Made by a program: the position numbers and the translations under genes
The notes under the pieces: model-generated
The model's database searches: none
Told to the model about the DNA's origin: nothing
What the model saw: only the letters and a program-made list of their open reading frames with translations
Assembly (NCBI GenBank): GCA_025558095.1
Contig: JAIVFI010000033.1
Location: 372,001-436,000, forward strand
Length of the DNA stretch: 64,000 bases
DNA from: Hyaloraphidium curvatum SAG 235-1
Taxonomy: Eukaryota; Fungi; Monoblepharomycota
Reading direction: 5' to 3'
In this document: positions 1 to 12,181 of the stretch, piece by piece
How the letters are laid out: each line of letters begins with the position of its first letter
Numbering within the stretch: the stretch's first letter is position 1

Positions 1-1
1 C

Positions 2-538
2 GGCGACGTTAGCCCTGAAAGCGGCGGTGGCCAGCCCTGGAGGCCCAAGGTTCCGCTCGGAGGATCCGATCCCATTTGGAAGCGGCGCACGGAGGACACT
101 GTTTCTGGCAGCGCGGGCCAGGAGTCGCAGCCGTGGAGGAGGTCGGAGCCTCGCGGCGAAGACGCAGGCCCGCGCTGGCGGTCGGAAAGGTCGGAAAGGC
201 CGACCGACGAAGTTCCTCGCTGGAGGTCCGAGCGGCCTGCCGAGGATGAGCCCAGGTGGAAGTCGGAGAGGCCTGCTGAGCGGGGCTCGGAGGAAGTGCC
301 GAGGTGGAAGGCGGATCGCACGGCGGAGCGTCCGGCCGACGACAATGCTCGCTGGAAAGCCGACAGGGGCACCGACGGCGCTGTTCCGCGCTGGAAGTCG
401 GAGCGGTCGGACGCGGACAGCGCCGGCTCTCGGCCGTCGGAAGCGAGGGAGGAAGGTTCCGGGGAGGGCTCTGGATCCACAGCCCCGAGCACAGGCAAGT
501 GGATTCCTTCAAGGTTGAGGAATCAGCGTCCGACATAG
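2..538 (+). CDS. 3' end of a gene (5'-partial), probably eIF3 subunit A C-terminal tail
   Basis: Frame 2 is open from the window edge to TAG 538, with ~7 PRW[RK][SA][ED]R repeats, ending GKWIPSRLRNQRPT*. Resembles the GK[YW]xPxxxR terminus of fungal eIF3a. Confidence 0.5.
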   Translation, partial: GDVSPESGGGQPWRPKVPLGGSDPIWKRRTEDTVSGSAGQESQPWRRSEPRGEDAGPRWRSERSERPTDEVPRWRSERPAEDEPRWKSERPAERGSEEVPRWKADRTAERPADDNARWKADRGTDGAVPRWKSERSDADSAGSRPSEAREEGSGEGSGSTAPSTGKWIPSRLRNQRPT

Positions 539-557
539 ATGTGTACAGTGGGAATCA

Positions 558-3500
558 TCAATTCAGCAGCTTGAGCAGCTCAGCCTCCACTTTTTTCAGC
601 TTCGTCTCATCCGCGCCCGTAACCTTGCCCGCCTGTCGAACATAAGTGGCAGCACCCGAGGATTCGGCGGCAGCTTTGGCCGACGCATCGCCATCAATCT
701 GCCGGCGCCCGTCAGCAGCAATGCGAGTCATAGCAGCACGATACTCGCCAGCGTTCCGAGGGCCACCATCCCGCGGAAACAGTTCTCGCTATCCGTCTCG
801 GCCTTCAAGAACTACGCGAGGGAGCCGGATGAGTGAGCGAAAGTCGACATGGAACGTATATCGAGAGCACCTCAAGAACCATCTCCACCAGACTCATCTT
901 CGAAGACGAATCGTCCTTCCCTAAGACGGACAGGCTGCATGGAACGTTCAGCGGACAGTCCTGCAGGACAAACGAGGAACCCACTTGAGAATCAACGTGA
1001 TTGCCGCGAGGCGCAGGTTCTTGTTGGTGCTGGACTGGTAACTCCGCTGCACGAGCTGCAGAAGCTGGAAGACCGGTGTGTCACCGATAATCAAGCGTTT
1101 GATGCAGCAGAGACAACCACCTCGCTACGCAGTTCGCGTACTGCGTTTTGGCCCTCGGAAGAAGCAAACAGATTGCAAAAGAAGCGAAGCGCGAGCATCA
1201 AGTTTGTCTCCTGGTCCTTGGTCAGTGAATCTCCCTTAGGTAACACCGACTGCAGAACGTCCAAAGGAGTTTGCTCCCGCAGCCGCGGGGTCATGAGCAC
1301 CATCAGACGCAGCAAATCCAGCCCTTGCAAGTTATGAGCACATGCCAAGATCGTGCGGAAAGACTAGCATACCTGGAAAGCGGGCACTATCCGGCCACTG
1401 CAGAGCAACCTTCAGAGTCGCCGCCACTTCGTTGTCGGTGAATGCGGACGGAAAAGGCTTTGCTGTCGCAACGCCTTTCAGCTTCGTTGCAACAGAGTCG
1501 ATTTCGTGCGACTCTGCTGCGCTCAGCGAATCGCTTGCAGTGTCCTTGGGCCAAACTCATGAGACCAACTTCGACAACCCCACGCAGATGTCCGGCCCAC
1601 CATATCTTTCTCAAGGTCAGCGTTCAACTGCAGAATCTTCGTCAGAACGGCTTGAGTGTTTGCGGTCTTGAAGAAAGTGTAATCTCGCTAATGATCATGC
1701 ATGAGCGCCGACGACGACACGGGCTTCCGGAAACTCACCATGGGTATCAGCGCGGTTGCGGCCGCAGCGGGAGTCGCGGCTCCGCTTGCTGCGGCAGCGG
1801 ACGTCGAGTATGCGTTGGGAGACAGGAATGGATGTGAAGTCGCAGCCGGAGCACGTGCTGCAGCTGGGGCGCTCTGAAAAGGAGTGAATCCCGGTAAAGG
1901 TATAAGCACGTTGCGCCTTACAGTCGATCCTGGAACGTAGCGGCCGCCCCCTGTGAACGGATCGCCTCGTGGCGGTGCATTGGCTGTCATTTGGACGCCC
2001 TCGACGTTGCTCGAAATGAAGTTGGCGATCTGAAGAAGAACACACGTCAGTCGGCTGAAAGGAGCAGACCTGGAATACAAACCTGGTCGAGGAAGGACTG
2101 CGGCAGCTCGTGCCTCCAAATGAAGTCCTGAGCGGCAGCCCAAGGGTTCTCTGCACCGAGGTTGAGTACACGATCATCCGCAACATCGACGGGACGCACC
2201 GGAAACGTTAAAGGGAAGCTTGAGAGGCGGCCCAGTTTCGGAAAGCTGGACATCGAACACGTAGTCGTACTCCCGGCCCTCGTAGATCTGCTTCCTGTCT
2301 TGCCCAATAGCGTCGACGACTTCCCCGACTTTTTGCCAACGACCCTCTGCTGCTGCCCACTGAGGCTATTGCGTAAGCTCCGCCCAAACCCCAACGATGA
2401 GGAACAGACCTGATAGACCTCGACCTGGTCCCCGTTCCGTACCATCTTGACCTCGCCCTCCTTGGAGCCTTGACCGTTGTGATTAGCGTCCAGCAGGAAG
2501 CGGCTGTCGGCAGTACATACCCGGTTCCTTCAACGCGTCCACCGTCTTCAGCTTTGTCTTGTCTATATCACCTAGTTGCTTTCTGTGCACCAATCCAGCG
2601 TCAGCAGCGGCCTACGGCAGCGACCGGGCACCTCACGATGGAATTGCGTGGCTTGCTACTGCTTCCTCGTATTCCTGCTCAGGAAAAACAAACAGGCGAT
2701 GAGCGTCAGCGCTACGACCTGCAACGGAACCTACCTTCACCGTTTGGCTTTCTGCCGCTCGATCATCGCTACGAGTGAACACCCGAACTGCTCCATCGCT
2801 TCCGCCGGACACCACATCGCCGTTGCTCAGAACGGCGACGGCCCACACAGAAGTGCACGGGTGGTTTATAGTCTGAGTGTTCTCGCCACCTGAAGAAAAG
2901 GTCAGAACGCAAGCTGGCGAAGAAGCGAAAAGCCACGGACCACTCCACACCCTGACGGTCCGATCCTCGCCACAGGACACGAGCTCGTCAGTGCCCAAAC
3001 TCGCGATGCCGTAGACGAACGACGTATGGCCATGGAGCTCCTGGAGGCAGTCACCCGCCAAGGTCCAAACCCGCAGGGTTCTATGGCGGTGTCAGATCGG
3101 AACAACCAGCGCGAGACACGCAGGGACCAACCCGTCATTGGAGCAAGATGCGAATGTCGAGGAGGAGATACCGGCAACACCACGGACGGCGTCAGTGTGC
3201 CCCTTGTACACGTGAACAGTCTTGCCCTGTTTCCATCGTCGCACAGTCTTATCGGCGGAGGCTAAAGGGCGCGACAGCTTCAGTAACGGTGCCGTGCGTA
3301 GGTAGGCCCAGTCCGCACCCGTGAGAATGTCCTCGTCAGTGAGCCCGAGCACGGCCCACACTGCCTGAGTGTGGCCCTCCATCGTGTAGGCTGTCTGCCA
3401 ATTGACCCAGAGCCTGCCTGTCCTGCAGCAGATGGCGACCCAAAGCATCAGCAATGGGACATGAGAAAGCACGGGATAGACGCGAACTTGTCCCAGGACC

Positions 3501-3975
3501 CCGAAACGACGTGCCCCGAGGGTGTCAAGGCAAGCGCGCACACGTTCTCAGTATGCCCGATCATGCTGAATAGGGGCTCCTTCGACTTGCTCGCCGGATC
3601 CGTGGCATAGATGATCTTGTCTTTCCCGGCACTGAGTAGCAGTCCTGTCCCGCGGTTCCGTAAATGCCGGGACTCGAATCCGGCGACAGCGTCCACCTTC
3701 GGGGAACTCCGATGACGGGGGTATCGTGGCCACGGCATTCACATAGTCGGAATGCACGGGCAACGTGGCATCGAGGGCGAATGAATTGGGCGATGACCGC
3801 CTCCAGGTGCGCACGGTCGTGTCCCGCGAGCCGGAGCAGATCAGGTCGCTGCCCTGTCCTGCGACAGCGCGGACCTGGGGAAACACGCGTCAATCGCCCG
3901 CGTTTACGCGCATCGCATGATCCGCGATCGCACGTCTCCTTCGTGGCCCTTGAGGGAGCACGACAGGCGGAACAT
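558..3975 (-). CDS. DOA1: Doa1/Ufd3/PLAA (WD40-PFU-PUL) ubiquitin/Cdc48 cofactor, multi-exon
   Basis: MFRLSCSLKGHEGDV start; WD40 repeats (SGSRDTTVRTW, GHTENVCAL, GHTSFVY); PFU-type ENPWAAAQDFIWRHELPQSFLDQV; DPFTGGGRYVPG; PUL-type ETNLMLALRFFCNLF; last exon ...AELLKLLN*. Confidence 0.92.
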
Positions 3976-4059
3976 CGCGGGGCGGGATGGTGCGGGTGGG
4001 GCCGCACGCGCGTCTCAACGCGCGGACAGCTAGATCACCGCGACGCGAACGCGGTCGCG
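3976..4059. promoter_or_regulatory. 84-bp interval between divergent ATGs (DOA1/CSN1): putative bidirectional promoter
   Basis: ATG 3975 (-) and ATG 4060 (+) are head-to-head; the interval is CpG-rich. Confidence 0.6.
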
Positions 4060-5744
4060 ATGGAGGTCTTGATGGACGTGGTCGCGGGGCCGGAGATCCG
4101 GGACAGCAAGAAGAAGAAGACGAAGACGCTCGTCAGCTCGACGAACTTGGATCTGGAGGCATACGCGAACAACTACCAAGGTCGGTCGCGGCCCTAAGTC
4201 ACCCGTGCGGTCGATTCGAGTGTTTCCCAGACTACACCAGGATCGAGCGGCTGCTCTTCATCGCGGATCATTGCCCACCGCTGCAGGTGGACTCGCTCAA
4301 GTTGGCCTTGGACGCGCTGAAGAGGACACTCAACTATGCCAAGTACACCATGGTGCTGTCCAAGCTCAACGAGGTTCTCGCGTCCAAGCAATCGCCGGCC
4401 GTTGCTGCGGATTCGCAGTGGATCGAGTCGGCGCAGCGGACCGCAAAGACACAGACGGAAAAGCTGGAGAACGATCTGAAGGTCTACAAGAACAACCTCA
4501 TCAAGGAGAGCATCCGGGTTCGTGGGCTGTCTTGGGTCTCAGGACGCGTTCTGAAGCTGGATGCCTGCTCAGATGGGCAACAACGACCTCGGAAGGCACT
4601 ACCTGAAGTGTGGGGACCTGAGCAACGCGTTGAAGAGCTTCTCGCGGGCGCGGGACTTTTGCGTCAACGCGAAGCAGGTCGTCGAGATGTGCCTGAACGT
4701 GATTGAGGTTGGAGGGGAGGATCATTGCGGCAGGAAGGCACTGAGCGGGATCGTTTCAGGTCAGCATCGCGATGGGAAACTTTGCGCATGTTCAGAGCTA
4801 CGTCTTGAAAGCCGAGGGGACATCGGACGTGCCGGAGAAGGGCGTGGTGCTGTCAAAGCTGAAGTGCGCCACTGGTTTGGAGCAGCTGGATGGTGGAAGG
4901 TTCAAACGGGCCGCCAAGTCGTTCGTCGAGGTGGCTTTCGAACTCGGAAACGGCTACAACGAGGTGCGATTCGCGGAGGAGCGCCGAGATCCGCGCTCAA
5001 CTTTGCGTCGCCAATCAGGTGATTAGCGCCAACGACATCGCAACCTACGGGGGACTCTGCGCTCTGGCTTCGTTCGACCGAGCCGAACTGAAGGCCAAGG
5101 TTATCGACAACGCCGAGTTCAAGCAATTCCTCGAGCTGGAACCGCAGATTCGGGAGATCATCTATTCATTCTACCAATCCAAGTACACCGTGTGCTTGGA
5201 GGCGCTCGAGCGAATCAAGGTGCTGTTCATTCCGTTGCGTTTTTGAAGTCAACCGAAACCTCATGCTTCCTCGCAGGGCGATCTCCTCTTGGACATGTAC
5301 CTGCACAACCACGTCGAGAACCTCTACCAAAGCATCCGGAAGAAGGCGCTGGTCCAGTACTTCAGCCCCTTCCTCTCGGTCGACATGAACCGAATGGCCC
5401 AGTCTTTCAACACCTCGGTGCCCCAGCTCGAGTCTGAGATCGCCGCCTTGGTGATGGACGGCCAGATCCAGGCCCGTATAGACAGCCACAACAAGGTAGG
5501 CGATTCGCCGTAGTGCTTTGCCGAAGGCTGACAGGCTCGCCAAGGTCCTCGTTGCGAAACGGGCAGACCAGCGGTCGACCATATTCGAGACGTCGTTCGC
5601 GATGGCGAACGAGTACGAGAAGCTTGTCAGCGAAATGCTGATGAGAGTGCGGCTCCAAAAGAGCGACTGTGGGTGGCAAGCGGATAGTCGCTGGGTTGCG
5701 CTTCTAATCGGATATCGCGGTTGGCAGTCGTCGTCAAGGGTTGA
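4060..5744 (+). CDS. CSN1: COP9 signalosome subunit 1 (Csn1/GPS1), multi-exon
   Basis: [79 protein letters not shown] (PCI domain). Confidence 0.95.
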
Positions 5745-6025
5745 AGCATTTGCCAGTATCCGTCGTCAAAGGTTGAGGCATTTGCCGCGGGTCGGATTGG
5801 TTGGACGGCTGGGTCGCGAGCATGGAAAGCACGAGCCCGGTGGTTGGGAGCTGATGCATGGGTGGCTGCGATTGTACAGCGCTGCAGTCGAACACGATTG
5901 TCGAACACGACGACGACGCGTTGGTTGTGATATTGATATAAGACGTGGCGTTTTTCGCACATTCGAGGGACTTGCACACGCTGGCGCACGCAGCAATGCT
6001 GAACGAACGTTGCCCGCCGGCACAT

Positions 6026-6899
6026 TCAGCGGCGATCGTCGTATCTCCTGCTGGAGCGATCGTCGTAGCGGTCTCGATCACGCCGGTCATCCCTCCTGTC
6101 GCGGTCATAATCGCGGCTCCTGTCCCTTGAGTCTCTGCGGTCATAACCTGCGGCAAAGTCAGCGACGATCCGACCTGTGGCTACCGACCCACGGTCCCGC
6201 CGGTCGTCGTATCTCCTGTCCCTGTCATCCCTGTAGTCACGGGGTCCGCGGTCATCGTACCGGCGGCGATCGCGATCGTCGCGCGAAGGCCCGGTCTTAG
6301 GAGGTCCGAAGTAGCGGCCAGGGGTGGGAGTCCTCGCGCGGCCGCGCTTGGCCTTCCGAGAACGAGTCAGGTTCCCATCGCCGCAGGAAAGCGCATGCAA
6401 CCGACCTTCTCGACTACCAGAGTACGGTTCTCCAGCACAGTACCGTTGAGTCCCGCGATGGCGGACTGCTGCGGGTTAACGCCACCCTTGCTTCGCAGAG
6501 CGGAGTGAGGGACCCACATCCGCATCTTCGGGCCGTTCGAACGTGATGAAGGCAAAGCCCCTCGATTCCTTGGTGTGGGGGTCGAGCACGATGGTGCACT
6601 GAGGGACCGGTCAGCGCGGCGGCCGTTTCATCGCTGTGACCGAGCGCACCTTCTCCAGCCTGCCGTAGCGCTGGAAGAGAGTTTCGAGGTCCTCGTCTCG
6701 CACCCGGTTGCTCACGCCGGACACGAAAAGGTTGTTGCCCGGATTCTTGCCCCTTTCATCTTCGCCGCCAGGGCGAGGGCTGGACGGCCCAGCGTCAGCG
6801 CAGAGACCGCGGGCCCGGCCGGTCGACTCACCTCGGCGCGCGTGCCGCAGGCGAGCGCGAGCGGTGCCGGTACTCCCTCTCGCGCGGGGGCGAGTCCAT
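6026..6899 (-). CDS. RRM RNA-binding protein, Tra2/SR45a-like, multi-exon
   Basis: NPGNNLFVSG (RNP2), SRGFAFITF (RNP1), RARTPTPGRYFG, and an RD/RS-rich tail. Confidence 0.85.
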
Positions 6900-7002
6900 T
6901 TTCGCTCTAACGTTGAGTAGGGGTTTCCCGCACTACTTCGATCAGGCGCCAGCGGCGCCGGCGCAGCCGCACGAACAACGATACAAAGAGACATTGGAGA
7001 CA

Positions 7003-8964
7003 ATGCCCAAGCGAAGTCAGTGGAGCACCGGGCCTGTCGTTGCCCGGAATGCCGTTGGAATATGTCTCTGACGCAAGGATGGCCTCCTCTGTCGTGCACC
7101 TGCAGCGCCCAAGAGCAAGCGCCTGCCGGCGAGAAAGAAGTACAAGATTGAGCGGAAGGTCCGGGAACACCACAGGAAGGAGAAAAAGAGCGCCTCGGCC
7201 AAGGGAAAACGGTCCCGTGCGTGTTCGGATCCCGGGCTGCCGGATCGGAGACTCATGGATTGTATCCCGATGACTTCTTGCAGGCTCCAAGAAGGACCCC
7301 GGGATTCCCAACAACTTCCCCTTCAAAGCGGAACTCATAGAACAGATTCAGCAGCAGAAGCAAAAGGCACGTTCCTCGCCGGACTTGCCAGGGTTCGTGT
7401 GGGTGACGCAAACGTTGCAGCGCGCCGAGGAGGTTCGGAACGCTCGGGTTGCGAAGGCTGCGCAAAAGGCGAACGGTCTCGGTGGCAGCCTCGAAGAGCT
7501 TGCCGCGAGTGCTGCCAGGCGCGGGGATGCGTTCGATGAGCAAAGGGGAAACGGCGAATCGAGTGGCCACGGAGATTACGAAACGCTCAATGACAACTCG
7601 AAGAGGGCGTTCTACAGGGAGTTCCAGAAGGTCGTCGAAGAGTCGGATGTTGTGTTGGAAGTGCTTGATGCTCGGGACCCCATGGGAACGAGAGCGATGG
7701 ACGTTGAGGAACGCATCAGGACCTCGGCAAAGAAGCGTCTCATCCTTGTGCTCAACAAGATCGGTAGGTCGGGACCTTGTCTGAGCCCGGACAGGGTGTG
7801 GAACTTCTCCCGCAGATCTCGTTCCCAAGGCGAACCTGGAGAAGTGGCTCAAGTACTTGAGGCGGGAGTACCCGACCGTGGCATTCAAGGCATCCACGCA
7901 GACCCAGCGCAACAACCTTGGCCGGGCAAAGGTGTCGGTGACCGATGCTTCGGCCAGCATGCTGCAAAGCAGCGAGTCCCTCGGTGAGCCCGTCGTTACT
8001 CGGCGTTCTCGTCAAGTGAATGACGGAGCTTGCCACGCAGGCGCGGACACGCTCATGCAACTCCTGAAGAACTATTGCCGGAATGCTGGTATTCGCACGT
8101 CCATAACCGTCGGCGTCGTTGGATTCCCGAACGTGGGCAAGTCGAGCCTGATCAACTCGCTCAAGCGCTCCAAGGTCTGCGACGTGGGAGCGGTTGCGGG
8201 CATCACGAGGACGGCACAGCACGTCGTCCTGGACAAGAACATCCACCTGATCGATTCCCCTGGTATTGTTTTCGGGCGTGCGAAAGAGGATGGTAGCAAC
8301 AGCCAGGAGATCATGCTCCGGAACGCGATCAGGGTGGAATCCATTGAGGATCCGATCGCCCCCGGTAAGGTCTGCGCAACGAACTCGCGTCTTGTGCTGA
8401 GGGCGGCCGCGCTTCCCTCAGTGGAGTACCTGTTGTCGAGATGCCGGCCGGAGGACCTGTCGCGTATCTACAAGGTTCCATCCTTTGCAAATCTGCAGGA
8501 GTTCCTGATAGATCTCGCACGGACAAGGGGCAGGCTCCGCAAGGTATGGCAGGCCGGTTGTGCGCGCACAACTGTAACTCACTTCATGCCTCTTCCAGGG
8601 TGGAATTCCTGATACGGCATCTGCAGCGCGCCAGGTCCTGCAGGACTGGAACCGCGGGCGGATACCATTCCACACGGAACCACCCGCAGTTGACACGTCC
8701 AGCATTTCTGCTGCGATTGTGGAGGAGTGGTCAAACGAGTTTTCACTTCCTGCTGTCATCCAGACCGAGAGGGATCTGATCGATGGGTTGCCGGAAGCTT
8801 CTGTTCGCTTTGCCACAATGTCTGGTGCTGGTGTCCAGGAGGCTGACTGGGATGTGGAGATGGATGACTCGGACTCTGATGAAGACGCATCAGGTGCGGA
8901 TGACAGTGATGAGGAGGTGTCTGGGAGTGAAGAGGGTGACTCTGAAGGCATGAACGAGGACTGA
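7003..8964 (+). CDS. NUG1: Nucleolar circularly permuted GTPase Nug1/GNL3 (nucleostemin family), multi-exon
   Basis: [65 protein letters not shown], acidic tail. Probable in-frame GC-AG intron at 7367-7420. Confidence 0.92.
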
Positions 8965-9099
8965 TTGGTTGGTTGCTGAGTCTTTCTTTTCCAATTTGGT
9001 GTAGGCACTTGTACATGGTGGATGGCTTTGAAATGCATGTAACAATTGGGCCTGGCGCCTTTCGTTGTGACATCCGGAGGTGGCCGACCTCAAGTTATG

Positions 9100-9393
9100 A
9101 TACAGAAGGAGAAGCTGGTGATCCTGAATGGTCGGCTCCAGCCCAGCATGGCAGGGATGGGTCCTAGCCTGACCTCCAGCTCTGTAACAAGCTCAAGCTG
9201 TACAACACGAAGGTCAAGGCAGTGGGCCAATATGGGAACCCGTGTACAACCCGTTCATTGTGGAGATGCCTAGGGAGGAGTGCCTTGCTGGGGAAAGCAC
9301 CAGGGACAAAGTGACATGCATATCCCTGCGTGTTCTCACTCATCAGCCCAAATCTGCCTCCCTGGCTTGTCTGTATGCGATCACTGGCCAGTA
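9100..9393 (+). mobile_element. LINE family A, copy 1, left fragment (degenerate)
   Basis: Near-identical to 18320-18624 minus the 88-bp insert; carries an LVILNGR APE-like remnant. Confidence 0.8.
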
Positions 9394-9417
9394 GATGTAG
9401 ATGTAGATGTAGATGTA
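9391..9417 (+). repeat. (GTAGAT)4.5 microsatellite = 3' tail of minus-strand LINE-B
   Basis: gtagatgtagatgtagatgtagatgta lies exactly at the LINE-A/LINE-B junction. Confidence 0.85.
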
Positions 9418-10242
9418 ATGTGCAACTCAAGCCCTGCTATGCAAGCTTTGGCTCTTACACGATGTGTAGCATTAGTAGATTGCTATCGGATCGATGTTGT
9501 CCTCAGTAACGTCTCTCTGTTCATCCATCCCTCTCAAGGCAGGCATTGCACGTCTTGCCCTGAATGCCTTATGGATAAATGTGCCGGCGGCCTCCAAGAT
9601 CCGTCTCCTCCGCCAGAAGGTCTCCTTCTCCTCGCAGAATTTCACCTCTTCGTCGTTCCTCAACATCCATATGACGGTCTCCAGGTTCCAGCGTCGCCCA
9701 AGCTCTCTGGTCCGGGTTTGAAGAATCTCCCGCTCGTCGTCGTACGCAGAGCAGTGAAACAGAAGGTGCATCTGGTCATCGATCTGATCCAAATGGTGGG
9801 GGCAAGTCCGCTCACAGTTTCTGATGCCTTGTTGTCGCTGCGTTTCCACGTTGAGCACGTGGGTGCTGGTGAGCAGTCGGTTCAAAGAGGTGCGCAGGTC
9901 GATGCGATCCATGAGCAGGGTCTCGCACAGTCCAAAGCCCATCCCCGGAACCGTAGTTTCCCGTTATCCACCACCTGTGTAGCGCAGATCTCCTGGAATC
10001 GTCTCTTGATCGCGGTCTAGATGTCCTCGGTTGACCAGAACGACTTCCCCTCATCCCATGCTCGCGTTCCCTCCTCCTTGAAGTAGAACTCGAGTAAGCT
10101 GCGGATGCTATCCGTCCAGGCGCAGTGAACAGGAGCAGCGCAAGTCCCCGGTCGTCCTGTCTGCGGCAGCAGTTGATCATACAAGCGCACGACGCAGTCC
10201 GCACGGTTGTGAATCGTGGCCCAATACTGTAAGGCACGTATG

Positions 10243-10331
10243 TGTTAGACCACTGGACTAAAGAAGGTACCACGCCTCTGGCCCAATAAGTGGTCTGACG
10301 TCTAAGAGCATGTCACCATAGGGAACCAACA
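10243..10331. mobile_element. 88/89-bp TG..CA mini element, copy 1 (no matching TSD)
   Basis: TGTTAGACCACT...GGAACCAACA, near-identical to the other two copies; flanks GTATG/GAGAT differ. Confidence 0.85.
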
Positions 10332-10963
10332 GAGATGCTGTCTTGGACGGAGTGCTTTAGTTTCGCCCAGTTCCAGAAGCCCCGCGATCCTTCAACCGCG
10401 AGGTCGAACTTGTGACTGGCCTGCTGCGCGCGTAGTTTCAGCTTCTTAACCAGCTTCTTGTCCTTCTTTTGCAGCGCTCTGCGCTCATCAAGCAATAGCT
10501 CGCGTTCCTCCCAGCTTAGGCCTCCAGCCTACATTCAGCCTCTGACCCAAGCTTACTATTTGCTTCCGCAGTTCTTTCAGCTCCATCGAATGCCTCCAGT
10601 CGTTCAGCACCTTGTCCCCAGCCTCAAATTCGGCCTTCTTAGAGTTCTCCTTCCGCGCGGTCTTGCCCATGGCTCCCATCATTCCGATGAGGAGTCCGAA
10701 CTTGTCCGCGGCAGTCGTTGCTGCGGCGAGAGCTTCCGCAATCATACCTTCCGAAAGCTCGTTGAAGATCTCCTGCGCCGACCAATCCCATGGTCGGGAG
10801 GGTTTGCGCACTTTTGGGCGGGCGACTTTCGGGTCGGTGATTGTCGCTGCTGGGTCGATCACGGTGAGCACGATCGGGTTGTGGTCCGAGTCGGGTTGTT
10901 TTGCGAGCACGTCGAACGCTCGGGCTGCCGGCCACAGTGAGCTGTCAAGCAGCGCGTAGTCCA

Positions 10964-11051
10964 TGTTAGACCACTGGACTAAAGAGAAGGTACCACGTCT
11001 CTGGCCCAAGTGGTCTGACGTCTAAGAGCATGTCACCATAGGGAACCAACA
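10964..11051. mobile_element. 88-bp TG..CA mini element, copy 2, TSD GTCCA
   Basis: GTCCA at 10959-10963 and 11052-11056; interrupts the LINE-B APE LDY motif. Confidence 0.9.
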
Positions 11052-11124
11052 GTCCAAGATCGAGCCGCTGTCTTCGCAAGTAAAAGCTCCCGGGTCACCC
11101 AAGCGCCCGTTGGCGATCGCAGTA

Positions 11125-11937
11125 ACCCTCTTGCAGTTGATGACCATGAGTCGGCCCTCAAGGTCCTCATGCGCATCAAAACAGCTGACCATGCATTGTA
11201 CCTGCTCTACAAGGAGCTCAAGATCGAGGCACTGAAGAGTTGCTGGAACTGGGCTGCCTTCCTGAGGGAACTGCTTGTGTACTATGGTGGAGAGGAGGGG
11301 AGGGAGACGTGGGAGAAGGACACTTTTTCATGGGCCAAGGAGACTGTGGAGAATCTTGTGAAGGGCAAGTTCAGGGAGATCATTGCCCAGAAGCTCAAGG
11401 ACAACGACAAGCTGCACTTCTGGAGGGCGTGTGACCTTGTAACAGACCTTTGGTCACATTGCATCGTCACTGATCCGGGTGGAGAAGCACTGGAGGGACG
11501 TCCAGAAGCTGCTAGCTCTGCTCTACCCACGACCTGGAGGTGGAGACAGGCAGGCACCAAGGACTTGAGGTGCAGCAGAGGATGTGCAAACATGACCCTG
11601 AGCACATTGGAGAGGAACAACAATATCTGTTCGACTGTTCAGCAAATGCAGAGCGGCGCCAGAAGCTGCAGACCAGACTGGAAGCACTGGGCCGCGAGTG
11701 GAACATGCAGACCTGACTCTGAGCTCTCAGGATCAAGGAGTTCGAGCCCATGATCAAAGTGAGGCGGCAAAAGGAGAAGGCCCTCAACTCCATTGCCAGC
11801 TTCATCTCAAAGTCCATGAAGGACAGAAAACAGGGAAAATGAAAAAGATGCACGACGACAAACTTCAAATTAGCAGCAAACTGATGGTGTAACAGCGGCC
11901 AAGCCAGGGGCAGGTCCGGGTCACCAATATTGTTCTA
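11125..11937 (+). mobile_element. LINE family A, copy 1, right fragment (ORF2 C-terminus + 3' UTR, frameshifted)
   Basis: Highly similar to 18625-19400 (MRIKTAD..LYKELKI..WNWAAFLRELL). Confidence 0.9.
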
Positions 11938-12147
11938 TATATTTGTCTTTCATCCAACACTCTCTTGTCTCGTGGATATTCACTTCTGCCGGCTCGTCTG
12001 GTATTCTGTTGCCATTTCTCCCAGGGATTTTCACTGTGTGGGGCGCTTCATGCTTCACTTCCATGTGCAAGCAGTTGCATCCTCATTCAGCAAGGACTTT
12101 CACCTCCGCCGAGCAATTTTTTGCACCTAAGGCAAACACGCGTTTTC

Positions 12148-12181
12148 CCAGGGGCAGATCGGGGTCACCAATACTATTCTA
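12148..12181 (+). repeat. 34-bp near-copy of 11904-11937 (probably a short LINE-A 3'-end copy)
   Basis: ccaggggcag.tc.gggtcaccaata.t.ttcta at both positions. Confidence 0.6.

Larger units (their letters stand above)
9389..11124 (-). mobile_element. LINE family B fragment (APE end + C-terminal Zn-knuckle, RT missing), nested in LINE-A
   Basis: APE motifs ANGR..FTC..ILDYALL..SDHNPI; C-terminal CPHH..DDQMHLLFHC; 3' (TACATC)n tail; CAGTA at both junctions (9389-9393, 11120-11124); LINE-A resumes after 11124. Confidence 0.78.

Noticed and set aside
10243-11051. Two direct 88-bp repeats as the paired LTRs of one TRIM
   Set aside because: Copy 2 has its own TSD, the outer flanks do not match, and the interior is LINE-B coding sequence with no PBS/PPT seen.
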